From a virus (taxonomy: Duplodnaviria > Heunggongvirae > Uroviricota > Caudoviricetes), in IMG/VR virus record IMGVR_UViG_3300042535_000037, positions 36,031-100,030 of that record: a stretch of DNA of 64,000 bases; one strand, 5' to 3'. Made by a program: the position numbers and the translations under genes. This document shows positions 47,088 through 57,020 of this stretch, piece by piece (position 1 is the stretch's first letter; the number at the start of each line of letters is the position of its first letter). The notes beneath the pieces were generated by a model. The model was not told the DNA's origin and made no database searches. It saw nothing but the letters and a program-made list of their open reading frames with translations.

Positions 47088-47435
47088 ATGAATAAAAATA
47101 GAGTATTCTACCCAAAAGAAGTAAATAATACTAAAAGATTCTTAACTATTGGTTTTATAGCATGTACTATGCTTGTTTTGTTTTTAATTTTTAATAAATT
47201 AAATAATATAGATTTTGCATATAAAGCAACTTTTCTCATTGTATCTATCTTTATAGTGATTTCAGCTTCTTATACAAAACCAGACTCTAATAATGAGAAG
47301 TTTGAAATACTCACAAGAACCATAGAAACAATAATGTTATTATTTGGTGGTTATATTTTATGGAAAGAATTTGTTTTAGACCATAACCTAACTGCTTCTG
47401 TAATACAAACTATTGCATCAATTATTAACTTCTAA
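47088..47435 (+). CDS. membrane protein
   Basis: TM helices. Confidence 0.45.
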   Translation: MNKNRVFYPKEVNNTKRFLTIGFIACTMLVLFLIFNKLNNIDFAYKATFLIVSIFIVISASYTKPDSNNEKFEILTRTIETIMLLFGGYILWKEFVLDHNLTASVIQTIASIINF

Positions 47436-47454
47436 CTTTTATTTTTGAGGCATT

Positions 47455-48267
47455 ATGAAGAAAATTATATTAATACTTATAATTATATCTATATCAGGTT
47501 GTATAGAACTCGAAGAGCCTACCGAACCAGCATTTAAATCCAACGGAGAACTCCTAACTATGTACGTTTTAGACGTAGGTCAAGGAGATTCTATCATTCT
47601 TCATTCACAAAATTCTACAGCTCTTATAGATGCAGGCGACACCAATAAATATCCAATCATATCTTCAAAACTCGAAGAACTCAACGTAGGAGAACTTGAT
47701 TACATCTTCTTAACTCATCATCATCAGGACCATTTAGGTTCCATGCGACCCGTTCTTACTGATTACAAAGTAAACCTTTTCGTAGACACTGCATCATTCT
47801 ACTCAACTAAATCCTATGAAACTCTCATGGATACAGTTTCCGAAGAAAATATTCCCTATCGCATAACTTCCACAGGTGAAACCTACAAATTCGACAAAAA
47901 CATCCTCATTACAGTTCTCAATCCTTCAGAACCAAACTCCAACCCAAACGATGACTCCATAGTCCTGAAAATCCAAGCAGGAGACCAAGTATTCCTACTT
48001 ATGGGTGACTACGAAAATGAAGAAACCATCTCAGTAGATTGTGACGTTCTAAAAGTAGGTCATCATGGCTCTCGAAACGCCAACTCTAAAGACTTCCTCA
48101 TAACATCTTCCCCAGACATCTCTATCATCTCACTTTCATCCGACAACTCCTACGGACTCCCTGACGAAGAAGTAGTAGGCTACCTAGACCTAAATTCTGA
48201 CCTCTACCAAACTACATCAGGTACTATCACAGTAGTCACCGATGGTTCTACCTCATGGGTAGAATAA
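47455..48267 (+). CDS. secreted lipoprotein, ComEC/Rec2-type metallo-beta-lactamase-fold hydrolase
   Basis: lipobox ISISGC; HHHQDHLG and VGHHGS motifs. Confidence 0.75.
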   Translation: MKKIILILIIISISGCIELEEPTEPAFKSNGELLTMYVLDVGQGDSIILHSQNSTALIDAGDTNKYPIISSKLEELNVGELDYIFLTHHHQDHLGSMRPVLTDYKVNLFVDTASFYSTKSYETLMDTVSEENIPYRITSTGETYKFDKNILITVLNPSEPNSNPNDDSIVLKIQAGDQVFLLMGDYENEETISVDCDVLKVGHHGSRNANSKDFLITSSPDISIISLSSDNSYGLPDEEVVGYLDLNSDLYQTTSGTITVVTDGSTSWVE

Positions 48268-48307
48268 CTTTTTATACATAAACCACTATTACTCATCTAG
48301 TGATTAC

Positions 48308-48919
48308 ATGGACTTCAAAAAACTTTTCCACAAAAAAGAGCCTATTGCACAAAAAGAAGAAATCATAATTCCATACGACATTTCTTCAAAACTCATAGAA
48401 GTAAACTATCTTCTTGAATATCTTAACGACCTATCTCGTTTAGATGACTCCCTAGAAGAAGATTTAAGCGACTTAACAAAAGCCCTAATGCAAAACATAC
48501 AATCACTAAATAGTGGTGCTCAAATTCTCGTAAACATTGGACAATACCCAGAAACATACAAACTACTAAGTGACGAACTTAGCAGAATAAACAGAAACAA
48601 TGTAAAACTCCACAAAGACATTGAATCTCTCCGCACAAAAATAGATGCAAACGCAGACCACCTCAAGTTATGTCTTCACATTTTCGAGCATCTTCCTGAC
48701 TTAAAAATCAAAAAATCAATTATAAACAAAACCAGAGATGCTGACTATCAAACTTACAGCATCGAATTCTACTCATATCGCATATACAAAAATGAAGTCT
48801 ACCACAATAAAAACCTCAATCCAATTTGCCATATCAATTCTCTCAGAGAAAAATTCTACTGCATAAACCTCGAAAAAACCCTAATAAAATATGACTTCCC
48901 AATCCCACCAGAAACTTAA
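48308..48919 (+). CDS. hypothetical protein
   Basis: canonical promoter. Confidence 0.5.
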   Translation: MDFKKLFHKKEPIAQKEEIIIPYDISSKLIEVNYLLEYLNDLSRLDDSLEEDLSDLTKALMQNIQSLNSGAQILVNIGQYPETYKLLSDELSRINRNNVKLHKDIESLRTKIDANADHLKLCLHIFEHLPDLKIKKSIINKTRDADYQTYSIEFYSYRIYKNEVYHNKNLNPICHINSLREKFYCINLEKTLIKYDFPIPPET

Positions 48920-48946
48920 TATACAATCCCAACTATTACTTATCTG

Positions 48947-49240
48947 GTGATTCAAATGGAATTCGAAAAGTTCAGCAGAGTGCCAGAAGAGCTTATTAAG
49001 GAACTAGTTTCCTTCTGTAACGCCCACTCCGACAACGATTGTGCATCTTGCCAACACAGAAACGGTGGTAGGTGCGTTATCTCAAAAATCATAGGAATAG
49101 GCTTCAAGGCTCCTTCCGAATGTCAATATTGTGACCACTACATACTTGACCTATGTGATGGATATGTTTGCATGGAAAGAGATAACATTCCAGTAAAAGC
49201 AACATTCTCCTGCAAGAAATTCACTCCAAGGGTAGATTAA
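48947..49240 (+). CDS. Cys-rich small protein
   Basis: canonical promoter; CASCQHRNGGRC. Confidence 0.5.
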   Translation: MIQMEFEKFSRVPEELIKELVSFCNAHSDNDCASCQHRNGGRCVISKIIGIGFKAPSECQYCDHYILDLCDGYVCMERDNIPVKATFSCKKFTPRVD

Positions 49241-49265
49241 CCCTTAACATTTTTCAAGTGATATT

Positions 49266-49910
49266 ATGCCTTCATATACAGAAATTTTCAAAGACATCCC
49301 AACTTCCGATGTCAACAAAATGACCAAAGAATACCTAACCGAAATGTCAAAATTCTATCACATCTCGGAGCTCTCAAAACTAACATCTCTTTTCAAGTGT
49401 CCACCATCTTGTACACATTGCTGTAAGACCCTTCGCCCTAACGTAACATACTTTGATGTTCGTAACATAGAACTGCAAAATCCATCAGTAATACCCAAAG
49501 TAACTGCTCTCAGGGTAGGCAAAGATACCCGTATCTCTCTCGATTCTCCCTGTATCTTCCTAAAAGACAACTGCTCAATCTATCCAGACCGCCCTTTTGT
49601 TTGTCAAACCTACCCATTTGTCTTCCGTGATTCAATTCCAGACCACATCCAATTGATGCCTTGCCCTCTTGGAATCCAAATAATCAACCACATAATGCCT
49701 ACTGTTATCTCAGAGTACACTAAAATACTCCATTTGAACACATCTTCACAATCAACCATAGATAACTTCGTTTCAGCTACAAACCAACTCCAAGAAAAGC
49801 TTAATTCCTACCATGAATCCGGCAAATTCTTCCATGAAAAATACGGCTCAAGAATAATTTGCCTACAATTCCAGAAATCCATTATTTCATCCCTTGTACC
49901 AAAAACTTGA
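49266..49910 (+). CDS. Cys-cluster protein (CxxxCxxCC, YkgJ-like?)
   Basis: CPPSCTHCCK. Confidence 0.4.
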   Translation: MPSYTEIFKDIPTSDVNKMTKEYLTEMSKFYHISELSKLTSLFKCPPSCTHCCKTLRPNVTYFDVRNIELQNPSVIPKVTALRVGKDTRISLDSPCIFLKDNCSIYPDRPFVCQTYPFVFRDSIPDHIQLMPCPLGIQIINHIMPTVISEYTKILHLNTSSQSTIDNFVSATNQLQEKLNSYHESGKFFHEKYGSRIICLQFQKSIISSLVPKT

Positions 49911-49942
49911 TATACAATCAAACACATTACTCATGTGGTACT

Positions 49943-50686
49943 ATGTATACAAAAATAGTCTCAATCCTCATGCTTGCCTTAATGGTAAGCACCGCATCGG
50001 CAGCAGAAAACGATGTCAACGGCTCCATCGAAAACACTCTCCCCGTTATAGAAGGCTTCACAGTGTCTTCCAACTCATCTCAATCCGGTTCAACAATCTC
50101 ATTTGATGCTCGCATCAGAGATGACAATGGAGCACCAACCATCAACAATATTCAATTCACTGTAATCCAAGAGTCTCCAAATGATGACGCACCTGAAGAA
50201 ATCCTCACTCGCGTATTCTCATCTTGGTCTACAATCGCACCCCTCGCATCTCTCCGTGATTCATCATCCTTTGACTTCAACTCTCCATCTTACTCTATAC
50301 CAGCAGGAACATACCTTTGCTCCCTGAATGTCTACGACAACACAGGTGCTAACGCCTACACAGACGTTAAAAACTTTGTAGTCTCACCATACGTAGATTA
50401 TTCCGTGACACCTGTATCATTCCCAAAGACAAAGGTAACTCAAACAGTCTCATCGACCTTCACAGTAACCAACCCTTCAACCTCACCATGTCGCGTGACC
50501 TCAATAACCTTCACAAACCTTCGTGTGGGTTCACAATCCATTCCAGACACATCAATCACAGCAGACTCTCTCCCCACTATTCCAGCAGGAGCATCCTCAA
50601 CAATAACTTGCCACCTGACCGTACCTTCCGGCATTAGTGCGGGAACCCTTACAGGAACAGGAGTAGTTAACATTGAAGCTGCTTAA
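49943..50686 (+). CDS. secreted protein, module copy 1
   Basis: canonical promoter; signal peptide; paralog of 51139..51930. Confidence 0.55.
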   Translation: MYTKIVSILMLALMVSTASAAENDVNGSIENTLPVIEGFTVSSNSSQSGSTISFDARIRDDNGAPTINNIQFTVIQESPNDDAPEEILTRVFSSWSTIAPLASLRDSSSFDFNSPSYSIPAGTYLCSLNVYDNTGANAYTDVKNFVVSPYVDYSVTPVSFPKTKVTQTVSSTFTVTNPSTSPCRVTSITFTNLRVGSQSIPDTSITADSLPTIPAGASSTITCHLTVPSGISAGTLTGTGVVNIEAA

Positions 50687-51083
50687 CCTCTTAGCAATCT
50701 TCATATTGCTTGTATCGCCAGTAGCAGCCCAAACCATCACCTTTAACATCTCCGGTGAAGTTGCAAAATCTTCATCTTCATCAGGCGGTGGGGGTGGTGG
50801 CGGAAGCTGGTCTTCCTACTATACAAAAACATCATCTGCTGTCACAACAGTCATAACCAACCTTACAAACTCAACAAATTCAACAAACGTAACTCCATCA
50901 GTACTCTCAACTCTACTTGCCAACTCTACTCCAATGGATGCAGACATTAGTCTTGAGATAATACCGGATACAAAGGAAAGTAGATTCACAATCTACACTT
51001 TCCTAATTCCAGCAATTGTCTTGGCTTTCTTATTCGTAGGGCGTAATCTCTACAAGAAAGAACCAAAGGAAGAGGAAAAGTAA
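50673..51083 (+). CDS. small Ser/Gly/Thr-rich secreted protein with C-terminal TM, module copy 1
   Basis: signal peptide + TM + KKEPKEEEK. Confidence 0.5.
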   Translation: MKLLNLLAIFILLVSPVAAQTITFNISGEVAKSSSSSGGGGGGGSWSSYYTKTSSAVTTVITNLTNSTNSTNVTPSVLSTLLANSTPMDADISLEIIPDTKESRFTIYTFLIPAIVLAFLFVGRNLYKKEPKEEEK

Positions 51084-51138
51084 TTCCTCAACCAATCCCT
51101 TTTTATACTCAAAAAACTATCTATCTACAGGTGAAACC

Positions 51139-51930
51139 ATGAAAGCAGTAACTATATTCATAGCTATCTTTCTCTTAGTGGGTACAGCCTTTGCTTGCAG
51201 CGCAACCACAAATGACACTCCCTCTGGTGGAATATCCGGTGGAGTAGTATCAGGTGGTTCTAAAAACTCTGCTCCATGCATCGAAATAACCCCAATTTCA
51301 GACTCCAACTTCAAGCTCGTAAACGGGAAGAACGTAACCTTCTCCTACAAAGTTGTAGTAACTGATGACAACGGTATAGACACTCTCGACAACATACAGC
51401 TCTATTATCAGGGTCCATCTCCTTCAACAACCAAGAAGGACTCAATAGTCCTAACCCTCAAAGAAATTCTTGGCTTTGACGGAACCATCATAGATAACTG
51501 TACCTATGAATTCGAGGTAGACTCAAAGACCCCTATCACATCTACAGGAACATACTACTTCTATGGAGTAGTCCAAGATGCAAACGGTGGTTCTGACTCA
51601 GACTCATACAACATCAAGGTATCAGAAACAGATGGTCTCTTCACAGTTTCAAACATAGCATTCTCCTATGTAAAGCCAAAAGAGACTTCAACTGCAACAT
51701 TCACCATAAAGAATGTAGCAGGTTCTCCATGTGTCATAAAGTCAATAACCTTCGCTGACCTCAAGATAGGAACAGACAGCATACCCTCATCCCTCATGAA
51801 TGTCACGTTCCCAACTACAACCCTTAAAGTAGGCGAAACTGCCACCATCAAAGCTTCTTACGTAGTTCCAGCAGGAACCCAAGTAGGAGCGTTGACAGGG
51901 AAATGTATAATAACGTTGGAAGACGTATAA
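51139..51930 (+). CDS. secreted protein, module copy 2
   Basis: shared blocks SPC.V.SITF..L..G..SIP. Confidence 0.55.
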   Translation: MKAVTIFIAIFLLVGTAFACSATTNDTPSGGISGGVVSGGSKNSAPCIEITPISDSNFKLVNGKNVTFSYKVVVTDDNGIDTLDNIQLYYQGPSPSTTKKDSIVLTLKEILGFDGTIIDNCTYEFEVDSKTPITSTGTYYFYGVVQDANGGSDSDSYNIKVSETDGLFTVSNIAFSYVKPKETSTATFTIKNVAGSPCVIKSITFADLKIGTDSIPSSLMNVTFPTTTLKVGETATIKASYVVPAGTQVGALTGKCIITLEDV

Positions 51931-51931
51931 G

Positions 51932-52486
51932 GTGATTACCATGAAATCCCTTACACTTCTTCTTATTTTATTAGTGCTCATCTCACCCGTTTCCGCAGGA
52001 ACATACACCGTAGTTGTAGACTTTGATGACAATTCAACCACTTCAGACACTTACACAAGCGTAGACGATGACGATTCATCCTCTTCAGGCTCATCCGGTA
52101 ATTCCGGCACAGGCTCCGCAAAAGTCGTAACATCATCATCCTCATCAGATGACTCCGATGAAACATATGAAGAATTCCTTGCCTCATCAACTGACTACGA
52201 AGAAGAATCAAAATACGAATATGACGAAACTCCAACAGCAGAAGTGACATCCACTACATTAACAGCAGATGAAACAACTGTCTCCGAAACTTCATCAAAA
52301 TTCAATACATCCTACCTTTACATCGGTGCAGCAGTACTCTTGTTAGTAGGCTTATATTACATGAATAATAAACCAAAGTCCAAGCCAAAAACTTCATCTA
52401 AGGCTCGTTCTTCAACCCGTAAAACAAAAGCATCATTCGACATGCCAACTAAATCCAAACCCCGCAAACCTAAATTCGAATATTGA
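51932..52486 (+). CDS. small Ser/Asp-rich secreted protein with C-terminal TM and basic tail, module copy 2
   Basis: signal peptide + TM. Confidence 0.5.
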   Translation: MITMKSLTLLLILLVLISPVSAGTYTVVVDFDDNSTTSDTYTSVDDDDSSSSGSSGNSGTGSAKVVTSSSSSDDSDETYEEFLASSTDYEEESKYEYDETPTAEVTSTTLTADETTVSETSSKFNTSYLYIGAAVLLLVGLYYMNNKPKSKPKTSSKARSSTRKTKASFDMPTKSKPRKPKFEY

Positions 52487-52523
52487 GAGTTACCTTTTTA
52501 TCCTCTCAATCCTTCTTTTCTTC

Positions 52524-52658
52524 ATGGCATGTAAATTCTTCAAACGCTGTCCTAACAAAGACCCTGACTCCGAAACCTGTATCACAGGTCTTACTTCAGA
52601 AAAAGGCTTCGCATATTGTGGAACATACAGACACCTTAGAGGCATCAAATATGTTTAG
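52524..52658 (+). CDS. 44-aa Cys-rich small protein
   Basis: promoter at 52490; replaces the first part of track ORF 52483..52950. Confidence 0.4.
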   Translation: MACKFFKRCPNKDPDSETCITGLTSEKGFAYCGTYRHLRGIKYV

Positions 52659-52950
52659 ATGGCGAAATGTTGACCCCGTTGAAACAAACCTCATCTATCT
52701 AATTTTCCACTGTAATCAATCCAATACTCCCATCTATCTCTCCAAAATTATCTCTTGTCCTAACTCAACTCCTTCTCGCCTCTCCCAAGCTATAGACTCT
52801 CTTCTCTCAATGCAAATCATAACCCCTCATCCTCAACTCATCTCCAACCACTACGAAACATGCTTCCTTCTCCGTCAAAACTACATAGACTACATCTCAA
52901 CAAAAAATGCCATCCCTGCAACTTCAACCCTTACCTACGCAACCCTCTAA
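52651..52950 (+). CDS. hypothetical protein (99 aa)
   Basis: TATGTTTAG stop-start overlap. Confidence 0.35.
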   Translation: MFRWRNVDPVETNLIYLIFHCNQSNTPIYLSKIISCPNSTPSRLSQAIDSLLSMQIITPHPQLISNHYETCFLLRQNYIDYISTKNAIPATSTLTYATL

Positions 52951-52961
52951 AAAGTGATAAA

Positions 52962-53045
52962 ATGGATAAATCTCGATTCATAATTCTAATGTTAACATTT
53001 ATGATTATGTTAACTTTTACAATAATAAAAATAATTTTAAAATAA
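52962..53045 (+). CDS. 27-aa membrane peptide
   Basis: hydrophobic. Confidence 0.3.
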   Translation: MDKSRFIILMLTFMIMLTFTIIKIILK

Positions 53046-53048
53046 AAA

Positions 53049-53378
53049 TTAGGCATTTGGCGCAAAACCAAACGCTACATTCTCTTTTTCATAAAAAGCA
53101 AACATGATAAAATCATCAGTATAAATCATACTGTCAGGAATTCTCATCTTAGTATTATTTCTAAACTTCTTGAAACTATGATACCTTCTCTCCATAGGAG
53201 CAGCCTTATATTCCGCTCTTAAAGTCTTATGATAATACGAACTTACTCTGTCCATCACTCTTTTCATCTGAGGAACAGTACCCTGCATCACAGTACCATA
53301 GTCATTAACCAAAATATCTTCCCCATGAAAACTAAGAGGCTTACTTGGAGTTATCATACTCTTTGCTGAATTTTCCAT
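53049..53378 (-). CDS. hypothetical protein
   Basis: divergent 75-bp promoter region shared with 53453. Confidence 0.45.
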   Translation of the reverse strand: MENSAKSMITPSKPLSFHGEDILVNDYGTVMQGTVPQMKRVMDRVSSYYHKTLRAEYKAAPMERRYHSFKKFRNNTKMRIPDSMIYTDDFIMFAFYEKENVAFGFAPNA

Positions 53379-53452
53379 ACCACTTCATTCTCTTTTACCC
53401 ATAAAAGCCTTTCTCCAACACCTTTTTATATCTCCATCCCCTTCTTTCCTCT

Positions 53453-53698
53453 ATGACTTGGAAAAAGACAATGAATGCACCCATCAAACAAGTATGGAAA
53501 CAAGGCGAAGACCTTATCGTATTACTCTCAGGTTCTCAAAAAACCAAAGCCGGAGACCATAAATATGAAGTCCTATACGTCAGCAATGGCACTTTAAAGA
53601 TGCGTGGTAAACACAACACCAAAAAAGACGCAACTGACACCGTATCTGTCTTTAAAAAGATAGACCCTTCAGTAGTCTCAAAAATGCCTAACCTGTGA
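53453..53698 (+). CDS. hypothetical small protein
   Basis: promoter cacctttttatatctcc. Confidence 0.5.
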   Translation: MTWKKTMNAPIKQVWKQGEDLIVLLSGSQKTKAGDHKYEVLYVSNGTLKMRGKHNTKKDATDTVSVFKKIDPSVVSKMPNL

Positions 53699-53755
53699 TT
53701 ACCCAATCACAACTTTTTTATACATTGAACACCTTTATACTCTTGGTGATTCAAA

Positions 53756-54037
53756 ATGAATGTTAATTCATTGAAAAACATTAACTTAGAAGAATTCACA
53801 GAAACATGTATTAATGGAGAAAATAAGAAATTCGTAGACTTTGCTAGTAATTACTTTGGAATAGAAAAGTCGTATGTTATTAAATGTATTTTTGAACATA
53901 TTGAATATTTATTTGCACTAGATAAAACTATGACAATGGAACGGTTAGTTGAGAACTCTAAAAATTCCACTATAGTTAAACTACATAACATAAATATCAT
54001 TAATAATTTTAACGATGAATTCGAAAAGAGTAGATAA
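53756..54037 (+). CDS. hypothetical protein
   Basis: canonical promoter. Confidence 0.5.
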   Translation: MNVNSLKNINLEEFTETCINGENKKFVDFASNYFGIEKSYVIKCIFEHIEYLFALDKTMTMERLVENSKNSTIVKLHNINIINNFNDEFEKSR

Positions 54038-54039
54038 CC

Positions 54040-54639
54040 ATGTACTCCGAATACAAAGTATCTATCCCTTCCGGCACTTCAGGCAAGTGGTCAGTCTCTC
54101 CACTCATAGTCTCTCATGAAAACTCAATACGTGACCATCTTTTCTCCAAGGATGGTCGCTATACACCTGAAGGAACCTATACAGTCCTAAAGTGTGGTTC
54201 AGAAATCATCATGTCTGACACTCCTGACGAAATACGTGACCACCTTCACTTCATCCGTCAAGCCCAAGGCGACATCCTCATCAATGGTCTAGGTCTTGGT
54301 ATGGTCGCAAAAGCCTGTCTCTCCAAGCCCTCAGTAACTTCCGTTACAGTCATAGAGCTCTCCCCAGATGTCATCTCCCTAGTCGCTCCACACATCGCAG
54401 ACCCTCGTCTTACCATCATTCAAGCAGATGCCTTCACCTACAAACCAACACGCCATTACGACTCAGTTTGGCACGATATTTGGTCTTACATCTGCACAGA
54501 TAACCTTCCAGAGATGACAAAACTCCACAGAAAATACGGCAAGTTCACCAATTATCAAGATTCTTGGTCTCGCTCAGAATGTCTACGCCACCGCAGAGAA
54601 GAAAAGCGTGATGAATCCCGCTTCAGACTCTTCCATTAA
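54040..54639 (+). CDS. spermidine-synthase-fold (class I SAM/dcSAM-dependent transferase) protein
   Basis: DILINGLGLGMVAK, VIELSPDV, ADPRLTIIQADAF, YDSVWHDIW match the aminopropyltransferase core; GGGDGG Asp absent. Confidence 0.5.
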   Translation: MYSEYKVSIPSGTSGKWSVSPLIVSHENSIRDHLFSKDGRYTPEGTYTVLKCGSEIIMSDTPDEIRDHLHFIRQAQGDILINGLGLGMVAKACLSKPSVTSVTVIELSPDVISLVAPHIADPRLTIIQADAFTYKPTRHYDSVWHDIWSYICTDNLPEMTKLHRKYGKFTNYQDSWSRSECLRHRREEKRDESRFRLFH

Positions 54640-54670
54640 CCTTTTATATCATCTCTTCCTTCTTTTTTCT

Positions 54671-54955
54671 ATGACAGACAAACCATTCGAAATAATAACT
54701 GGTAAAACTTCAGGTTTAGGAATAAGTATCGTTGAACCTATTTCTCAAACAGCGATGATAAAATACGCAAAACAATTACTCAAACTTAACAAAGAATTAG
54801 GTGTAGACATAGAACTTAAAGCAAAAGACCTTGATAATCCAATGAATGCATGGGGTTACATTCTAACATACGGAAAAGGCATAGATATAGGTCATATGTG
54901 GAGACAATCAAACGGAAAATACATATATTTAGGAACGAGAGGTTACAGGCAATGA
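54671..54955 (+). CDS. hypothetical protein
   Basis: promoter at 54640. Confidence 0.45.
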   Translation: MTDKPFEIITGKTSGLGISIVEPISQTAMIKYAKQLLKLNKELGVDIELKAKDLDNPMNAWGYILTYGKGIDIGHMWRQSNGKYIYLGTRGYRQ

Positions 54956-55037
54956 GTTACAGGCAATGAGTCTCGCTTCAGACTCTTCTACTAACTTTTT
55001 AGTTAACTTTATATATCATCATTTCTTATCTATTCAC

Positions 55038-55292
55038 ATGAGTAAAGAAACATTTTGGATAAGTGTACCTTCGGCTATGAACGAGGTTGACGCATCGGGA
55101 GTACTTAGAAAGCTTAGAGAACAAGGTATCAAAGTAGAAGGATACCTAAGAATAAAAACTGTATATTACAAATGTACAGGCGAGAAAGAAGTAGCAAGGC
55201 AAATAATCAATAGATATGATAAATTTGGTCACTATAAGTTCCTGAAAAATAGACCAGATGTAAACAAATTTGACAGAAGATATAGCATGTAA
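55038..55292 (+). CDS. hypothetical protein
   Basis: promoter-like tatatatcatcatttc. Confidence 0.45.
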   Translation: MSKETFWISVPSAMNEVDASGVLRKLREQGIKVEGYLRIKTVYYKCTGEKEVARQIINRYDKFGHYKFLKNRPDVNKFDRRYSM

Positions 55293-55306
55293 TTTTTTGA
55301 AAGATT

Positions 55307-55325
55307 AGTCAGCAATTTGCTGACT
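55307..55325. terminator. perfect palindrome agtcagcaa-t-ttgctgact between convergent genes
   Basis: 9-bp stem. Confidence 0.4.
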
Positions 55326-55579
55326 CAATCAACTCTTAATTCACAAATTGGAAAACTATTATCATTTAATTCAACATACATATTTCCACCTATTTCTCCA
55401 TCAACTCTTGCTTCAATCATTCCCTGAATAAAACCAACATTAATTAACTTCAAAATAATAACATCATCGTCATCTTTTTCATCTATATCAATTCTCATTC
55501 CTGTATCAAAATTATCATTTACAGTAAACCCTTCTTCCTCGTTTCCCCAAACATCTAAACTTCTTACTTGATACAACAT
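55325..55579 (-). CDS. acidic small protein
   Basis: ORF. Confidence 0.4.
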   Translation of the reverse strand: MLYQVRSLDVWGNEEEGFTVNDNFDTGMRIDIDEKDDDDVIILKLINVGFIQGMIEARVDGEIGGNMYVELNDNSFPICELRVD

Positions 55580-55706
55580 TTAATATACCTCTTTGACATT
55601 CTTTAATTATGCCTCAATGGATTTTCGACAACTCATGGATATTTCTCTGTATCGTTATCTTAGCAATTCTCTCTATGTTCATGCATTGGCTCTTAGAGAA
55701 AAACAA

Positions 55707-56084
55707 TTAAGCCTCTTTTATTATCGCAACTGGCACAAGTGTAGGTTCTATCCACTGCATTTCAATCATATAAAAAACCGCCCTAACTCTATACCTACCT
55801 TCCTGCTGCTTATTTTTATAATCTAACCAAGGTAATCCAACCATTCTTCCATCATACATCACTTCAGCATATCTTTTTACCTTAGCCTTATCAATTAACA
55901 TAGTTTCCCTTATTACCGTACTTCCATGTATCTTAGCACTCTCTTTCAAGTAAGTCTCAGGAGTCATATGTACAATTTCACATTTCACCCCACCTTTCAT
56001 TCTATAATGCTCAGGATTCTTCAGCATATGCGTAATAAAAGTAGGGTCTTCAAAATTAAAGAACTCATCGCCACGATAACGCAT
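55707..56084 (-). CDS. ParB/sulfiredoxin-fold protein, paralog 2
   Basis: QEGRYRVRAV; shared blocks with 19765..20208. Confidence 0.55.
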   Translation of the reverse strand: MRYRGDEFFNFEDPTFITHMLKNPEHYRMKGGVKCEIVHMTPETYLKESAKIHGSTVIRETMLIDKAKVKRYAEVMYDGRMVGLPWLDYKNKQQEGRYRVRAVFYMIEMQWIEPTLVPVAIIKEA

Positions 56085-56150
56085 ACATTACTATAATCCC
56101 TTCTCATATATAACCATTACTTTTTTATACCCAAACCACTATTATTAATC

Positions 56151-56510
56151 ATGGACCCCGAAACAAAACAAGCTCTAACAGCAGAACTCCTTATTGGTCT
56201 TAACATTTACGAAATCACCGTCATCCAAAACTCTCAAGTCTGCTTCTCGGACCTCGTTACTCTCTTAAAACCTGACCTAACTCGTCATCAAATTAACCTC
56301 ACGATAGACCGTATGTTTGATATGAGAATGATTTACGGTGAATGGGAAATATGTAAAAAAGAAGGTGGATGGATGCGATGTCTTTATCTATCAAGGATAT
56401 TCAAAGATTACTTCGCTCAAATCTACTCCAAAATTAAACCACTCTCTCCTTCAGCAAGTCAAACCTCTGATGACCCCATTGTTCCAATTGCTCATTGCGG
56501 TAGAATTTAA
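56151..56510 (+). CDS. hypothetical protein
   Basis: canonical promoter. Confidence 0.5.
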   Translation: MDPETKQALTAELLIGLNIYEITVIQNSQVCFSDLVTLLKPDLTRHQINLTIDRMFDMRMIYGEWEICKKEGGWMRCLYLSRIFKDYFAQIYSKIKPLSPSASQTSDDPIVPIAHCGRI

Positions 56511-56652
56511 AAGCTCTCGGATAACCCATTGGTGCTAAAGGCAACTTTTCAATATACACCAATGCATCTTTTTTTCTATCAAAACTTTTAGCATCATATA
56601 AATGCCTACTATCGACTCCGCTCAATACGGAATACCAAACTTTCTTTGCCAT
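56434..56652 (-). CDS. hypothetical small protein (uncertain)
   Basis: convergent overlap with 56151..56510. Confidence 0.3.
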   Translation of the reverse strand: MAKKVWYSVLSGVDSRHLYDAKSFDRKKDALVYIEKLPLAPMGYPRAFKFYRNEQLEQWGHQRFDLLKERVV

Positions 56653-56723
56653 ATTTATTAATTCACTCCATCCTATAAAAACCTATCAAAATCTTTTTAT
56701 ATATAAAATTCCATCACTCATTT

Positions 56724-57020
56724 ATGCAATTGAATTTACATGGACCCGAAGGCTACAATCTATACAAGCGTAGCCTAGAACTAGAACGTGAACACATCTC
56801 AAAACACATCATCTCAGACCTCTTCTCATTCATGATGGCTTGGAGTATTAGCGGTCTCCTTCTTTATGCCGCTCTCCCATCTCAAACAACTTTCGTGGGT
56901 CTCTTTCTCTCACTAACCCTAATAATAGCCCTCTCCCACACCTACTACATCCTCGATAAAGGTCACACTCACTACAAAACCCACCAGTACTACCTTAACC
57001 AGTACAAGAAAAATCAATGA
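56724..57020 (+). CDS. membrane protein
   Basis: promoter; TM helices. Confidence 0.5.
   Translation: MQLNLHGPEGYNLYKRSLELEREHISKHIISDLFSFMMAWSISGLLLYAALPSQTTFVGLFLSLTLIIALSHTYYILDKGHTHYKTHQYYLNQYKKNQ

Noticed and set aside
52483-52950. 155-aa track ORF as a single gene
   Set aside because: The promoter lies inside it. It is better explained as a 44-aa Cys-rich ORF (52524-52658) coupled by TATGTTTAG to a 99-aa ORF (52651-52950)
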